A stretch of 52,751 nucleotides of DNA, taken from the NCBI GenBank assembly GCA_045651785.1, contig JAZRTE010000049.1, positions 1 to 52,751 on the forward strand. The letters run 5' to 3'. The notes beneath the pieces were generated by a model that saw nothing but the letters and a program-made list of their open reading frames with translations, was not told the origin of the DNA and made no database searches. The position numbers and the translations under genes were made by a program. Below are positions 1 through 10,700 of this stretch, in pieces; the stretch's first letter is position 1, and each line of letters begins with the position of its first letter. Origin of the DNA: Eubacteriales bacterium (lineage in GTDB: Bacteria; Bacillota; Clostridia; Oscillospirales; CAG-382).

Positions 1-1914
1 CTTATCGTTGGGGTTGGAAAGTCCGCTTTGCGCGTTGGGACAATCGTATTTATGAATAGAAACGCCGTATCCGCGCGTGATATAGCCGATAATGCTGTCG
101 CCCGGAAGCGGATTACAGCATTTTGCGAACTTGACCGTGCAGCCCTCGACACTGTCGACGATAACGCTGTCGGCATTACTGCGCGAGGTCTTATCGTAAC
201 GCGAGGATTGAACCGTTTCCAACGGAATAACGGGTGCGACCTCGGTTTGAGGACAAACGACGCGCATAAACTCCTCGCGGAGCTTTACTGCGATCTTCGA
301 TACCGAAAGTCCGCCGTAGCCGATGTTGTTATAAAGATCGTCAACGTCGGGAAGCGACAATCGGCTTGCGAGATTTTTCATGATCTCGTTCTTTTGCGCT
401 TCTGTATACTGTCTGCCGTAACGCTTTATTTCGCGTTCAAGCTCGGTTCTGCCCACGTTGATATTTTCAGGGCGCAATTCTTTTTTGAAATACTGCCTGA
501 TCTTGTTTCGTGCCTCGCCCGAACGGACGATTTTGAGCCAATCGCGCGAGGGACCTTTTGACGATGCGCTCGTCAATACCTCAACGATCTGTCCGGTTTC
601 AAGAATCGAATCGATCGGCACGATATTGCCGTTCACTTTTGCGCCGACCATCTTGTTGCCGACCGCGGAGTGGATGGCATAAGCAAAATCGATCGGTGTG
701 CTGTTGTTGGGAAGGTTGACAACGTCGCCCTTGGGAGTGAACACGAATATCTCATCCTCGAAAAGGTCGATCTTAAGGGGGCGGAAAAATTCGTCGGGGT
801 CGTCAACGTCCTTTTCGGTTTCGACAAGGGTGCGGATCCATTGAAGCTTCGCATCGATATCTGCCTTGACCTGCTCGCCGGTTTTATATTTCCAATGCGC
901 CGCGATACCCAATTCGGCAACCTGATGCATTTCCCACGTTCTTATCTGAACCTCAAAGGGAATACCCTCCTTACCGATAACGGTGGTGTGCAAGGAACGG
1001 TACATATTGGGCTTCGGAGTGGAAATATAGTCCTTGAATCTGCCGGGGATGGAATTGAACTGCTCGTGGATTATACCGAGCGCAGTATAGCAATCAAGCT
1101 CGGTATCGACGATGATACGCAAAGCGTAAAAATCATATATCTCATCGAACTGCTTGCTTTGGTTATACATCTTCTTATAGATGCTGTATATCGTTTTTAC
1201 TCTGCCCGACAGCGTAAACTTGACGTTATACGATTTCAGGCTTTCGGCAACCTTTTCGGTTGCACGGTCAAGGAAGTCCTTGCTTTCGCCGTAGCGCTTG
1301 TTGATATCATCCGAAACCTCGGTATAGCCGATCGGATCGAGATAGTAAAGCGCAAGCGTTTCAAGCTCGTTCTTTATCTTTTGGATACCCAAACGGTGGG
1401 CAAGCGGCGCATAAACGTGCATCGTTTCAAGCGCTATCGACCTTTGCTTTTCGGGAGAACGCACGTCGAGCGTACGCATATTATGCAAGCGGTCGCAAAG
1501 CTTTACGAAAATAACGCGCAGGTCCTTGCTCATTGCAAGGAACATCTTACGCAGATTTTCGATACTTTCATCCTGCTTGGTTTCAAAGGGAATATGGACG
1601 AGCTTAGTAACGCCGTCAACTATTTCGGCAACGTCCGAGCCAAATTCCTTTTTTATGACCGAAAGGTCGACCTTTTCGCCGCAATCCTCAACGGTATCGT
1701 GCAAAAACGCCGCACATATAGAATCGGTATCCAATTGGAGGTTCAAAACCTCCTCGGCGACCGACAGCGGATGGACGATATATTCCTCACCCGATATGCG
1801 TTTTTGTCCCTCGTGGAGCTTTTCCGCATATTCGTATGCTTTATATATTTTATCGTAATCGTATATGCCCGCTTCTTTAATACGGGCAAAAAGTGATTCG
1901 GCTTGTTTAAGCAT
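1..1914 (-). CDS. relA: Bifunctional (p)ppGpp synthetase/hydrolase RelA/SpoT (3' end runs off the window edge)
   Basis: Not in ORF track. Manual translation from ATG at 1914 gives MLKQAESLFARIKEAGIYDYDKIYKAYEYAEKLHEGQKRISGEEYIVHP, the typical RSH HD-domain start. It lies directly after recJ and overlaps the recJ stop by 8 nt. Confidence 0.95.
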   Translation of the reverse strand, partial: MLKQAESLFARIKEAGIYDYDKIYKAYEYAEKLHEGQKRISGEEYIVHPLSVAEEVLNLQLDTDSICAAFLHDTVEDCGEKVDLSVIKKEFGSDVAEIVDGVTKLVHIPFETKQDESIENLRKMFLAMSKDLRVIFVKLCDRLHNMRTLDVRSPEKQRSIALETMHVYAPLAHRLGIQKIKNELETLALYYLDPIGYTEVSDDINKRYGESKDFLDRATEKVAESLKSYNVKFTLSGRVKTIYSIYKKMYNQSKQFDEIYDFYALRIIVDTELDCYTALGIIHEQFNSIPGRFKDYISTPKPNMYRSLHTTVIGKEGIPFEVQIRTWEMHQVAELGIAAHWKYKTGEQVKADIDAKLQWIRTLVETEKDVDDPDEFFRPLKIDLFEDEIFVFTPKGDVVNLPNNSTPIDFAYAIHSAVGNKMVGAKVNGNIVPIDSILETGQIVEVLTSASSKGPSRDWLKIVRSGEARNKIRQYFKKELRPENINVGRTELEREIKRYGRQYTEAQKNEIMKNLASRLSLPDVDDLYNNIGYGGLSVSKIAVKLREEFMRVVCPQTEVAPVIPLETVQSSRYDKTSRSNADSVIVDSVEGCTVKFAKCCNPLPGDSIIGYITRGYGVSIHKYDCPNAQSGLSNPNDK

Positions 1915-4015
1915 CTTTATCTACCTTTTTTGTTATTCCTGAACGCGCCGCGCGAAGCAGAGGCGATTCATCGATATTTATCTTCCCTGCCGACGGAGTC
2001 ATCGTTACAACTACCGCATTTTTGTTGCGGTATTCGAGGGAAATAAGCTTTTGCTCACTTAAAACCCCGAGAATTATTCTGAATTTCGTAAGCGTTACGG
2101 GTATGTCGAATTCGTGCTCAAGAGTTCTTCTTGCCGAGTTCAGCGAAAGCGTCGTGCCCTCGTGTCCCGCCTCGCGGCGAATATAACGAAAAACGTTGCG
2201 GAATTCGGCAAGGTCGGGAATATCCTTTTCAGCACCGTCATAACTGCCGCCCGATGCAAGAATTTTGAAATTGCGCTCGCTTATGCCTATTTCATCCTCG
2301 TCGCCAGATGCGAGTCTCATTTCCTTAACGAAGATCTGCGGCGTGCGCGAGCCCATATATTCGTTCATTTCAACGGTAAAAGCAATATCGCAAACGTCGC
2401 CGTCATAATAAGGGAAGCTTTCAAACGGAGCGCCGAAATTGACCGCATTTAACGAATAGCTTCTGCCGTTTTCGACACCGCTTATACGGAAACGCACGTG
2501 CTTGCCCTGTGAAAGCGGCACAATATCGTTTACGGTCACGTTGCGGATGACCAAAACCGGTTGAGGATTCGAAAGTCCGAACGGCTCAAGGCGCAAGATC
2601 TCGTCGATCGCGCTTTCGCTCAGATCGCGGAAATTAACCGCGCATTCGATCTCAAGAGGCGAAACGTGTTCCTGCTCACCAAAGATAGGAGTCGCGTAAT
2701 CGTTTATCCTTCTACGGAATTCATCTATCTTGTTTCTTTCTATCGAAAGACCTGCAGCAAGCTCGTGTCCGCCGTATTCAAGCAGACAGTCACCGCATGC
2801 GGAAAGCGCATCCATTAGCGAAAAGCCCTTTATGCTTCTGCCGGAGCCCTTTGCCGTATCGCCGTCAAGCGAGAACAGAATGCAGGGACGGGAATATTTT
2901 TCGGCTATTTTCGATGCAACCACACCGATAACACCTTGATGCCAGCCATCGTAGGCGAGTACCAAAAATCTGTCGTCCTTATTGGAATTTTCGATCATTT
3001 CAACAGCTTGCTCGTATATCTTTTGCTCGGTCGTCTGACGAAGCTTGTTGATCTCGCAAAGCTCCTCGGCGATCGTGTCAGCTTCCTGCTCGTCCTTTGT
3101 AAGAAGCAATTCAACCGCACGCGAAGCACAGGCGATCCTGCCTGCCGCGTTTATCCTCGGTGCCAGAACGTAACCGACGGTAGCGGAGGTTATCTTCTTG
3201 ACGCGCTTGCCGTATTTAACGATACCCGCGCGGCGCATAAGCGCAAGAAGTCCCAGATTATCGGTTTCCGCAAGCTTTTTAAGTCCGTCACCGGTAATTC
3301 GGCGGTTTTCGTCAATTATCGGCATAACGTCGGCAACAGTGCCTACTGCTATTATATCTGAATAAAGCTCAAGTATTCTTTCGGTGTTGCCCTCAAGCGC
3401 ACAAAGCAGCTTAAACACAACGCCTACGCCCGCAAGATTAAGGAAGGGATACTTGCTGTCCTCACGGTGCGGGTTGACGACAGCGACTGCTTCGGGCAAG
3501 GTATCGCGGCAGGAATGGTGGTCGGTGATGACCATATCGATTCCGACGCTTTTCGCATACTGTGCCTCGGCAACCGCGGTAACGCCAGTATCAACGGTAA
3601 TGATAAGGTCTACTCTGCCCTTCATCTTTTCAATAACGGGCAGACTGAGTCCATATCCCTCGGATATACGCTCGGGTATGAAATATTCGCATTCCAACCC
3701 GCGCGAGCAGAGGTAAAGATAGAGCAACACCGTGCTTGTTACGCCGTCGACGTCATAATCGCCGTAGATACAAACGCGCTCTTTCTTTTCTATTGCCTCG
3801 TTTATCCTTGCCGCCGCTTTGTCCATATCCGGCAAAAGGAAAGGATCGTAAAGCGGCATGGTATCGCGCTCGAGGAATTTTTTTATTTCTTCTTTTTCGG
3901 TAAGACCGCGATTAACAAGTATCTTTGCGGTAAGCGGAAAAAGATTGCATTCCGATGCTACTTTTCGGCTCAATTCTTCATCCGTTTGGCGAACAAGCCA
4001 TTCACGGTTGTTCAT
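1907..4015 (-). CDS. recJ: Single-stranded-DNA exonuclease RecJ
   Basis: Motifs IYGDYDVDG, ITVDTG, ITDHH, APRINAAGR, GSGRS, GGHELAAG. Confidence 0.97.
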   Translation of the reverse strand: MNNREWLVRQTDEELSRKVASECNLFPLTAKILVNRGLTEKEEIKKFLERDTMPLYDPFLLPDMDKAAARINEAIEKKERVCIYGDYDVDGVTSTVLLYLYLCSRGLECEYFIPERISEGYGLSLPVIEKMKGRVDLIITVDTGVTAVAEAQYAKSVGIDMVITDHHSCRDTLPEAVAVVNPHREDSKYPFLNLAGVGVVFKLLCALEGNTERILELYSDIIAVGTVADVMPIIDENRRITGDGLKKLAETDNLGLLALMRRAGIVKYGKRVKKITSATVGYVLAPRINAAGRIACASRAVELLLTKDEQEADTIAEELCEINKLRQTTEQKIYEQAVEMIENSNKDDRFLVLAYDGWHQGVIGVVASKIAEKYSRPCILFSLDGDTAKGSGRSIKGFSLMDALSACGDCLLEYGGHELAAGLSIERNKIDEFRRRINDYATPIFGEQEHVSPLEIECAVNFRDLSESAIDEILRLEPFGLSNPQPVLVIRNVTVNDIVPLSQGKHVRFRISGVENGRSYSLNAVNFGAPFESFPYYDGDVCDIAFTVEMNEYMGSRTPQIFVKEMRLASGDEDEIGISERNFKILASGGSYDGAEKDIPDLAEFRNVFRYIRREAGHEGTTLSLNSARRTLEHEFDIPVTLTKFRIILGVLSEQKLISLEYRNKNAVVVTMTPSAGKINIDESPLLRAARSGITKKVDKDA

Positions 4016-4049
4016 ATGCTCACCTCTTTACTGTAATTTTAAAATGATT

Positions 4050-5342
4050 TTACTCGACTGTGAAGTTAACCGTATAATCGATATTGTGGATATATACGCC
4101 GATATACTCACCGCCGAGCGAAATTTCCGCACTTGCGGAATAGCTTCCGTCGGGTTCAACCGTGACACGGTTAAAATCAACGGTTGCGCTAAGCAATTTG
4201 CGGTCAATGCTGTCAAACACCTCGCGCTCACCGATAAGCTGGACTACAAGCTTATCGGTTATTTTATAGGTGCTGTCCTCGGGCAGATTTATAACCGTTA
4301 TCTTATCCTTGCCGATCGCATAAGCTCTTACCGCAAGCTTGGGAAGCGTTACCGAAACGTTGATCTTCGTAACACCGCTTTCATTCGTTACGCCTTCGGG
4401 CAGCATCGAGCCGACCGAGAAATCAAACCTTTTACTTCCGTCGATCGTAGTTTCATCAAGCTCAAGCACCAATTCATCGAGCGATGCAAGTGCCGCAGGC
4501 GTGCCCGAAACCGTTATGTTTGACGCGGAAACGTTAACCGTTACGTCCTTGGGATCGAACACCCCGCCGGTAAACACAACGCGAACCGGCAACACCTTTT
4601 GCTTGGTAACGCTTACGGTAACGTAGGCGGTCGTTTCGGAAAGCGTAAGATATCCGTTTTCAATATCGTTGCCGTACTTATCGCGAAGCTTAATTTCGCC
4701 GTAGCCGTAAATATTTTCCTTGATCTCGCGTCCGTCAAGATTGAAATCAACGTACGCCGTATCGATGGTATCGAGTATCGAGGAGGGACCCGAAACGAGC
4801 ACCGACAAGGGATTTGCGGTTGCATTTACGAAGGTGATGCCCTCCGACATAATATATTTGTTGCCTATATCGACCGAAACCGAAAGCAGCTCGTTGCGTT
4901 GAGTAAATTCGTCAACGAAAAGGTTTACCGTGGTGGAGGATTGAGATACCACCTCGATCCCATTAGGAGAATATACGGTAATGCTTATGTTTTGGTCACC
5001 GGCGTTTTCGATTTTGGAAATATCGACCACTGCGCGGAAATCCGAAGCCGACAGAGCGTTAAGCTCGCTTCTTTTACCCTTTGCCACGACGGTTATCGAT
5101 GAAAACTCCTGCCCCTCGGCAAGCGTAAAGCCCTTAAGGTCGCGAAGCTCGTTTTCCCCCTCGATAACAACGGGGATTCCGTTAAAGGTACGTTCGAAAA
5201 GAGTGCCGTCATAGCCTATTGCATAGATCCATACGAAAATCGCACCGATAAGCGCCGCTAAAAGAAAGAATATCTTTTTAACACGCGGAAGCTTTTCGTT
5301 TTTGGGACTGTTAAATTCTTCGGATACGGCTTTATTTTTCAT
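4050..5342 (-). CDS. cdaR: CdaR/YbbR-repeat regulator of diadenylate cyclase
   Basis: Single N-terminal TM followed by repeated beta-rich YbbR-like modules (VVAKGKRSEL, VLVSGPSS, ITVSGTP); overlaps the cdaA stop. Confidence 0.85.
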   Translation of the reverse strand: MKNKAVSEEFNSPKNEKLPRVKKIFFLLAALIGAIFVWIYAIGYDGTLFERTFNGIPVVIEGENELRDLKGFTLAEGQEFSSITVVAKGKRSELNALSASDFRAVVDISKIENAGDQNISITVYSPNGIEVVSQSSTTVNLFVDEFTQRNELLSVSVDIGNKYIMSEGITFVNATANPLSVLVSGPSSILDTIDTAYVDFNLDGREIKENIYGYGEIKLRDKYGNDIENGYLTLSETTAYVTVSVTKQKVLPVRVVFTGGVFDPKDVTVNVSASNITVSGTPAALASLDELVLELDETTIDGSKRFDFSVGSMLPEGVTNESGVTKINVSVTLPKLAVRAYAIGKDKITVINLPEDSTYKITDKLVVQLIGEREVFDSIDRKLLSATVDFNRVTVEPDGSYSASAEISLGGEYIGVYIHNIDYTVNFTVE

Positions 5343-6201
5343 CCTTGTTTCCCTTCCTTCCGAAGAATTTGCCCTTTACGACCTGTGCGATATGCATTTT
5401 ATCCTCACCGAGGAGGTTTGTCGTAAGATAGGATTCAAGCTTAACACGTGAAATATTGCGGTCAAGCTCGCCGTCGATAGCGACCGATACCGAGCCGGTT
5501 TCCTCCGAAACGACGAGCACTAAAGCATCGCTGTTTTCGCTCATACCGATAGCCGCGCGGTGACGTGTGCCCAGTTCCTTAACGATATCGTTGTTAGACG
5601 AAAGCGGAAGGAAGCAGCCCGCCGCATAGATCCTGCCGTTGCGGATCACTACTGCACCGTCGTGAAGCGGTGCTTTGTTAAAGAATATGTTACCCAAAAG
5701 GAACGAGGTCGTATGCGCGTCAATTATCGTGCCCGTACGGATGATATCTCCGAGACGGGTGTTGCGCTCGAATACGATAAGCGCACCCGTTTTGCTCTTG
5801 GAAAGGTCTTCGACCGCAACGCTGATCTCACCGATCGCATCGCGGATGGCAGATGCTTCGTCACCGACCACCTTGCCCTTAAAGTTGTCGCCGATGCCGC
5901 CCACCTTTTCGAGCGCAGATCGAAGCTCGGGCTGAAAAACTATTACGATTGATATAAGACCGACCGAAACAACACTGCTTAGGATAAAATTGAGTGCACG
6001 CATATCGAGCAGGTCGCTGACCAAGAGCAACAGCAACACAACGCCCACACCGAGCAAGAGCTTGCCCGCACGGCGTCCGCGTACGAATTTAATGATCCAG
6101 AACATAAACAGAGCAACAAGAGCGATATCGATGATATCGATAACTCCTATATCCGCAAGCTGGTTTTTAACGTATTCGAGATAATCGAGAAATGCGTTCA
6201 T
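5332..6201 (-). CDS. cdaA: Diadenylate cyclase CdaA (DacA)
   Basis: Three TMs, FQPELR, PLHDGA (DGA), GTRHRAA (RHR), VSEETG. Confidence 0.97.
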   Translation of the reverse strand: MNAFLDYLEYVKNQLADIGVIDIIDIALVALFMFWIIKFVRGRRAGKLLLGVGVVLLLLLVSDLLDMRALNFILSSVVSVGLISIVIVFQPELRSALEKVGGIGDNFKGKVVGDEASAIRDAIGEISVAVEDLSKSKTGALIVFERNTRLGDIIRTGTIIDAHTTSFLLGNIFFNKAPLHDGAVVIRNGRIYAAGCFLPLSSNNDIVKELGTRHRAAIGMSENSDALVLVVSEETGSVSVAIDGELDRNISRVKLESYLTTNLLGEDKMHIAQVVKGKFFGRKGNKDEK

Positions 6202-6241
6202 TTCGTGTGTCCCTTTCGGTTCGGATTATTTGCATGTGGTA

Positions 6242-6844
6242 CTACTTTGCGAAAAAGTCCTTGCTTTTAAGCAGCTCCTTTATCGCCTTGCCGCGGTGGC
6301 TTATCTGATTCTTTTCTTCCTTTGTCATTTCGGCAAAGGTTTTGTTCATCGGAGGATAATAGAATATCGGGTCATAGCCGAAACGGCCGTCGCCTTTATA
6401 TTCATCAATAATAATTCCCTTGCTTTCGCCGTGTGCATAAAGGATTTCGCCGTCGGGACGGCAGACGCATATCGAGCAAACGAATTTTGCATCGCGACTT
6501 GCATCGGGCATTGCCTTAAGAAGCGAAAGAAGCTTTTCGTTATTTTGCTCGTCGGTTGCGTTATCTCCCGCAAATCTTGCGGAATAAACACCCGGCGCGC
6601 CGTTAAGCGCATCGACCGAAAGACCGCTGTCATCCGCAATGGCAACAAGTCCCGTATAATCGCAAAGCGCTTTTGCCTTGATAAGCGCGTTTCCGTCAAA
6701 GGTATCGGCATCCTCGATTATTTCACCCGTAAAGCCTGTGTCCTTTATCGTTAAAAGCTCGACATCAACACCCATTTGTGCAAACGCGGCGCGAAATTCG
6801 CTTACCTTATGCGAATTGTTGGTTGCAAGAACTATTTTTATCAT
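6242..6844 (-). CDS. rdgB: RdgB/HAM1 non-canonical purine NTP pyrophosphatase
   Basis: ATNNSHK, ADDSGL, PGVYSAR, FGYDPIF, KNQISHR. Confidence 0.96.
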   Translation of the reverse strand: MIKIVLATNNSHKVSEFRAAFAQMGVDVELLTIKDTGFTGEIIEDADTFDGNALIKAKALCDYTGLVAIADDSGLSVDALNGAPGVYSARFAGDNATDEQNNEKLLSLLKAMPDASRDAKFVCSICVCRPDGEILYAHGESKGIIIDEYKGDGRFGYDPIFYYPPMNKTFAEMTKEEKNQISHRGKAIKELLKSKDFFAK

Positions 6845-7758
6845 TCTTTTTCGTCCTCGAAAAATGCGTTTATGAATTCACTCGGGTTAAAGGGACGGAG
6901 GTCGTCGATACCCTCGCCGACACCGATGAATTTAACGGGGATACCAAGCTCGCGCTTGATTGCGAGAATTATACCGCCCTTCGCGGTGCCGTCAAGCTTT
7001 GTAAGAACAAGCCCCGTAATATTTGCCGCCTTACCGAATTCCTTTGCCTGAATAAGCGCGTTTTGACCCGTAGAAGCATCAAGCACAAGCAGAGTTTCAC
7101 GTGTGCTTTCGGGCGCTTCGCGGTCAATAACGCGATTGATCTTCGCAAGCTCGTCGATAAGGTTCTTTTTGTTATGCAATCTTCCTGCGGTATCGACGAT
7201 AAGCACGTCGACGTTTGCCTTTTTGGCAGCGGAAACCGCATCGAAAACGACAGCCGCGGGGTCTGCGCCCTCGTTTTGGCGGATTATCGGCACTCCGTTG
7301 CGGTCTGCCCAAACGGTAAGCTGCTCGGCAGCAGCCGCGCGGAAGGTATCTGCGGCGGCAAGCATAACCTTTTTGCCCTCTTCCTTAAGGCAATGGGTGA
7401 TCTTGCCGATAGAGGTCGTTTTGCCGACACCGTTCACACCGATGATGAGGATGACGTTCATACCGCCTTCAAGCTTTAATTCGCCGCTTTCTCCGACCGA
7501 TTCGGTAAGTATAGCGCGGAATTCCTCACGCGCAAGCGACGTTTCCTTGATCTTTTTTTCCTTTAATCTGTCGCGTAATTCCTCAACGAGGTAATCGGAG
7601 GTCTCAACGCCGACATCTGCCATAATAAGCAGATCCAAAAGCTCGTCGTAAAAATCGTCATCCACCTTATCGTAGGACGAAAATAAATCGTTTACCGGTT
7701 TTAAAAGCGCATCCTTCGTTTTTTTCAAACCGCTTTTAAGCTTATCAAAAAATCCCAT
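6841..7758 (-). CDS. ftsY: Signal recognition particle receptor FtsY
   Basis: GVNGVGKTT, DTFRAAA, DTAGR, TKLDGTAKGG. Confidence 0.98.
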   Translation of the reverse strand: MGFFDKLKSGLKKTKDALLKPVNDLFSSYDKVDDDFYDELLDLLIMADVGVETSDYLVEELRDRLKEKKIKETSLAREEFRAILTESVGESGELKLEGGMNVILIIGVNGVGKTTSIGKITHCLKEEGKKVMLAAADTFRAAAAEQLTVWADRNGVPIIRQNEGADPAAVVFDAVSAAKKANVDVLIVDTAGRLHNKKNLIDELAKINRVIDREAPESTRETLLVLDASTGQNALIQAKEFGKAANITGLVLTKLDGTAKGGIILAIKRELGIPVKFIGVGEGIDDLRPFNPSEFINAFFEDEKE

Positions 7759-7795
7759 TGCTGTAATTGCTCCTTAGTTTTGAAAGAGAAAAATG

Positions 7796-10700
7796 TTATT
7801 CGGCATACTCCTTGATAATATCGTCGAGCTTTGCCATATTGAGTTTCATAAAGTCGGAAATGCCCTTTTGGCGCATGGTTATGCCGTAAATAGTATCGGC
7901 TCTTTCCATCGTGCCGCGGCGGTGGGTAATAAGAATATACTGCGTTTTATCGCTGTTGCGACGAACGTACGATGCAAGCTTAACGATATTAACGTCGTCA
8001 AGCGCACTTTCGATTTCGTCAAATACACAGAACGGCGAGGGGTTAACTCTTTGCAACGCAAGATAAAGCGAGATTGCGGCAAAGGATTGCTCACCGCCCG
8101 AAAGAAGCGAAATTGAACGAACGCTCTTTCCGGGAACCTTAAGCACGATATCGATACCGCATTCCAAGGGAAGCATCGGGTCGGTCAATTCCGCCCTTGC
8201 GCTTCCGCCTCCGAAAAGCTCGGTAAATACCGCGTTAAATTCGGCATTTATCTTTTCGAAGCATTCAAGGAAGGTTTCCTTCATGCCCGACGCAAGCTTT
8301 GCAATAGTGCGGTCGAGCGATGCGCGAGTTTTGTTAAGGTCTTCGGTTTGTGTGGTAAGGAAATCGTAACGCTCCTTGGTCACGCGGTATTCCTCAACCG
8401 CATTGACGTTGATAGTGCCCATTGCGCGGATCTTCGCCTTGAGCGATGCAAGACGGGTCGCGCCCTTATCCATGCTTTCCTTGGGAAGACGGAATTTTTC
8501 GGCATCCGAATAGGTAAGCTCGTATTCGTCCCAAAGCTTGCCCGTAACGGTATCAAATTCGGTATTGACCGAATTGCATTTCATTTCGGCTTCGGTAACG
8601 TTGCGGAATGCTTCCTCTTTTGCGGCAGAAACGGTTTTCTGCTTTGCGCGCATTTCGTTTAACTGCTTTTCCTTTTCTTCTCTGCCCGAAATAAGATCGT
8701 TCAAGCGCTTTTCACAGCCCGCGATCACGGTATCGCATTCCAAGCATTCGGCGTTAAGACGCTCGATCTCGGCAACACATTCCTTGATGACCGCTTCGGA
8801 TTTTTCGATAGCGGTGCTTGCAAGCGTAATTCTCGCCTTAAGCTCGGTTTCGCGTCTTTCGGAAAGTGCAAGACGCTCATTTGCAACCGAAACCTCATTT
8901 TTGGCGGTGAAAAGCGACATTCTCGCCTCACTTACCGCGGCAAATGCGGTTTCTTCGGCCTTTTTAAGCGCTTCGGCGTTAAGACGTGCGCTTTCACGCG
9001 CGCTTGTTGCCGCAACGATAGCGTTATTAAGCTCTGCCGATTCTGCCAAAATGCTTTGCAATTCCTCTTCGAGCTTCTTAAGCATTTCACCGCCCGACGA
9101 AAGCGATGCGATACGCGCATCCTCTTCATCGATACGTTGCTTTAACGAATCGGAAATTGCTACCTTACTTGCTTTGTTGCTGTTCGATGCCGAAAGCGAA
9201 ACGCGCAACGCCTCAAGCGCGCCGTCTGCTTCCGAGCATTCCTCGTTTATCTTTTCGCGCTTCAATTCGAGCGCTTTGATCTTTTCTTCACGCGATTTAA
9301 TGCTTTCGCCGAGTCGTTCTATATCCATCGCGCGGGTGAAAACGCCCACCTTAACGGCGGAGGAGCCGCCCGTATAGCTACCGCCGGCATTGATTATCTG
9401 ACCGTCAAGCGTAACCGTTTTGATCTTAAAGCCGCTTTGACGCGCGATCGCAGATGCGGAATCGATATTATCGGCAACGACGGTTCTGCCGAGCAGGTCG
9501 TTAACTACACCCTCGAACTTTTTGTCGTACTTTGCCAATTCGGATGCGATACCGATATAGCCCTTCATATCCTTGATAGCCGAAACGTCGCATTTTTTGC
9601 CGTTTACGCTTTCAAGCGGAAGGAAGGTCGCGCGGCCCAATTTGTTTTCCTTAAGATAGCGGATACAAGCCTTTGCATCCGATTCCTTTTCGACAACGAT
9701 AAACTGAACCGATGCGGCAAGTGCCGTTTCAAGAGCGATTATATGCTCGTTTTCGGAAGAAATGATGTTTGAAACAGTGCCGTAAAGACCGATTTTTTGA
9801 CCGTTGTTTTTAATTTCACCCGAGGTGCAGTCGTTAATAACTCGCTTTACGCTTTCCGAATAGCCCTCTAACAGGTTTTCAAGACGGATAAGCTGATCGC
9901 GGCGTTGCTCCTCGCCCGATACGGCGATCTTTTCGGCGGTTATTTCGTCGCCTGCGGCACGAAGCGATTGCAATTTACTTGCGCGCTCGTAATCAAGCGA
10001 AACGATTTTATTTTCGGTATCGTTGATAGCCTTATTTATCTCGGCAAGCGCCCTTTCGGCTTCGTCAAGCTCTGCCAAAAGCTCGTTCTTTCTGCCGAGC
10101 GCGGCGGTTAAAAGGATTGCCGTTTCATCGGCATTGCGGCGCTCCGCTTCAAGAGAAGCGCTTCTTGCCGCTTCAAGGGCGGTTAATTTGCTTTGGTCGA
10201 CCGTAAGGATTGAAAGACGGGCCGATGCCGCTTCGCTTTCCTTATCTGCCGCAATCGAAGCATTGCGAGCCTGTTCGTAATCGGATTCCGCCTTTGCGGC
10301 AGCTTCCGACATAGAAGCGGTCTTTTCCTCAAGCAATTCCTTTGCGGCAATGCATTCGGCGGTATTCTTTTCGACCTCTGCCAATTCCTCGTTTGCAACT
10401 GCGACCGTCGTTTTTGCTTCGCCTGCCGATTCCTCTGCATGGGCGATATCGTTGGTACAGACGGCTTTTTTACCCTCTGCCTCGCCTTTTTTATGTACTG
10501 CCTCGGTCTTTTCGCGCTCGCATTCGCTCATTATGCGCGAAAATTCATAGGTTTCGTTAAGTATTCTGTCGGTTGCCTCATCGCAGGATGCCGCTTCCCT
10601 TTCGGCGGTATCGAGCGCTATCTTCGCGTTCGCAAAATCGGTTTCGCATTCAACGCGGCGCTTGCGGAGATGGTCCAATCTATCGAGCCAAAGGGTGATT

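Noticed and set aside
670-1896. 408-aa plus-strand ORF (also 28..561)
   Set aside because: Antisense shadow of relA, which occupies the minus strand here
8538-9377. 279-aa Ser/Ala-rich plus-strand ORF
   Set aside because: Antisense of the SMC coiled coil; the composition is a codon mirror
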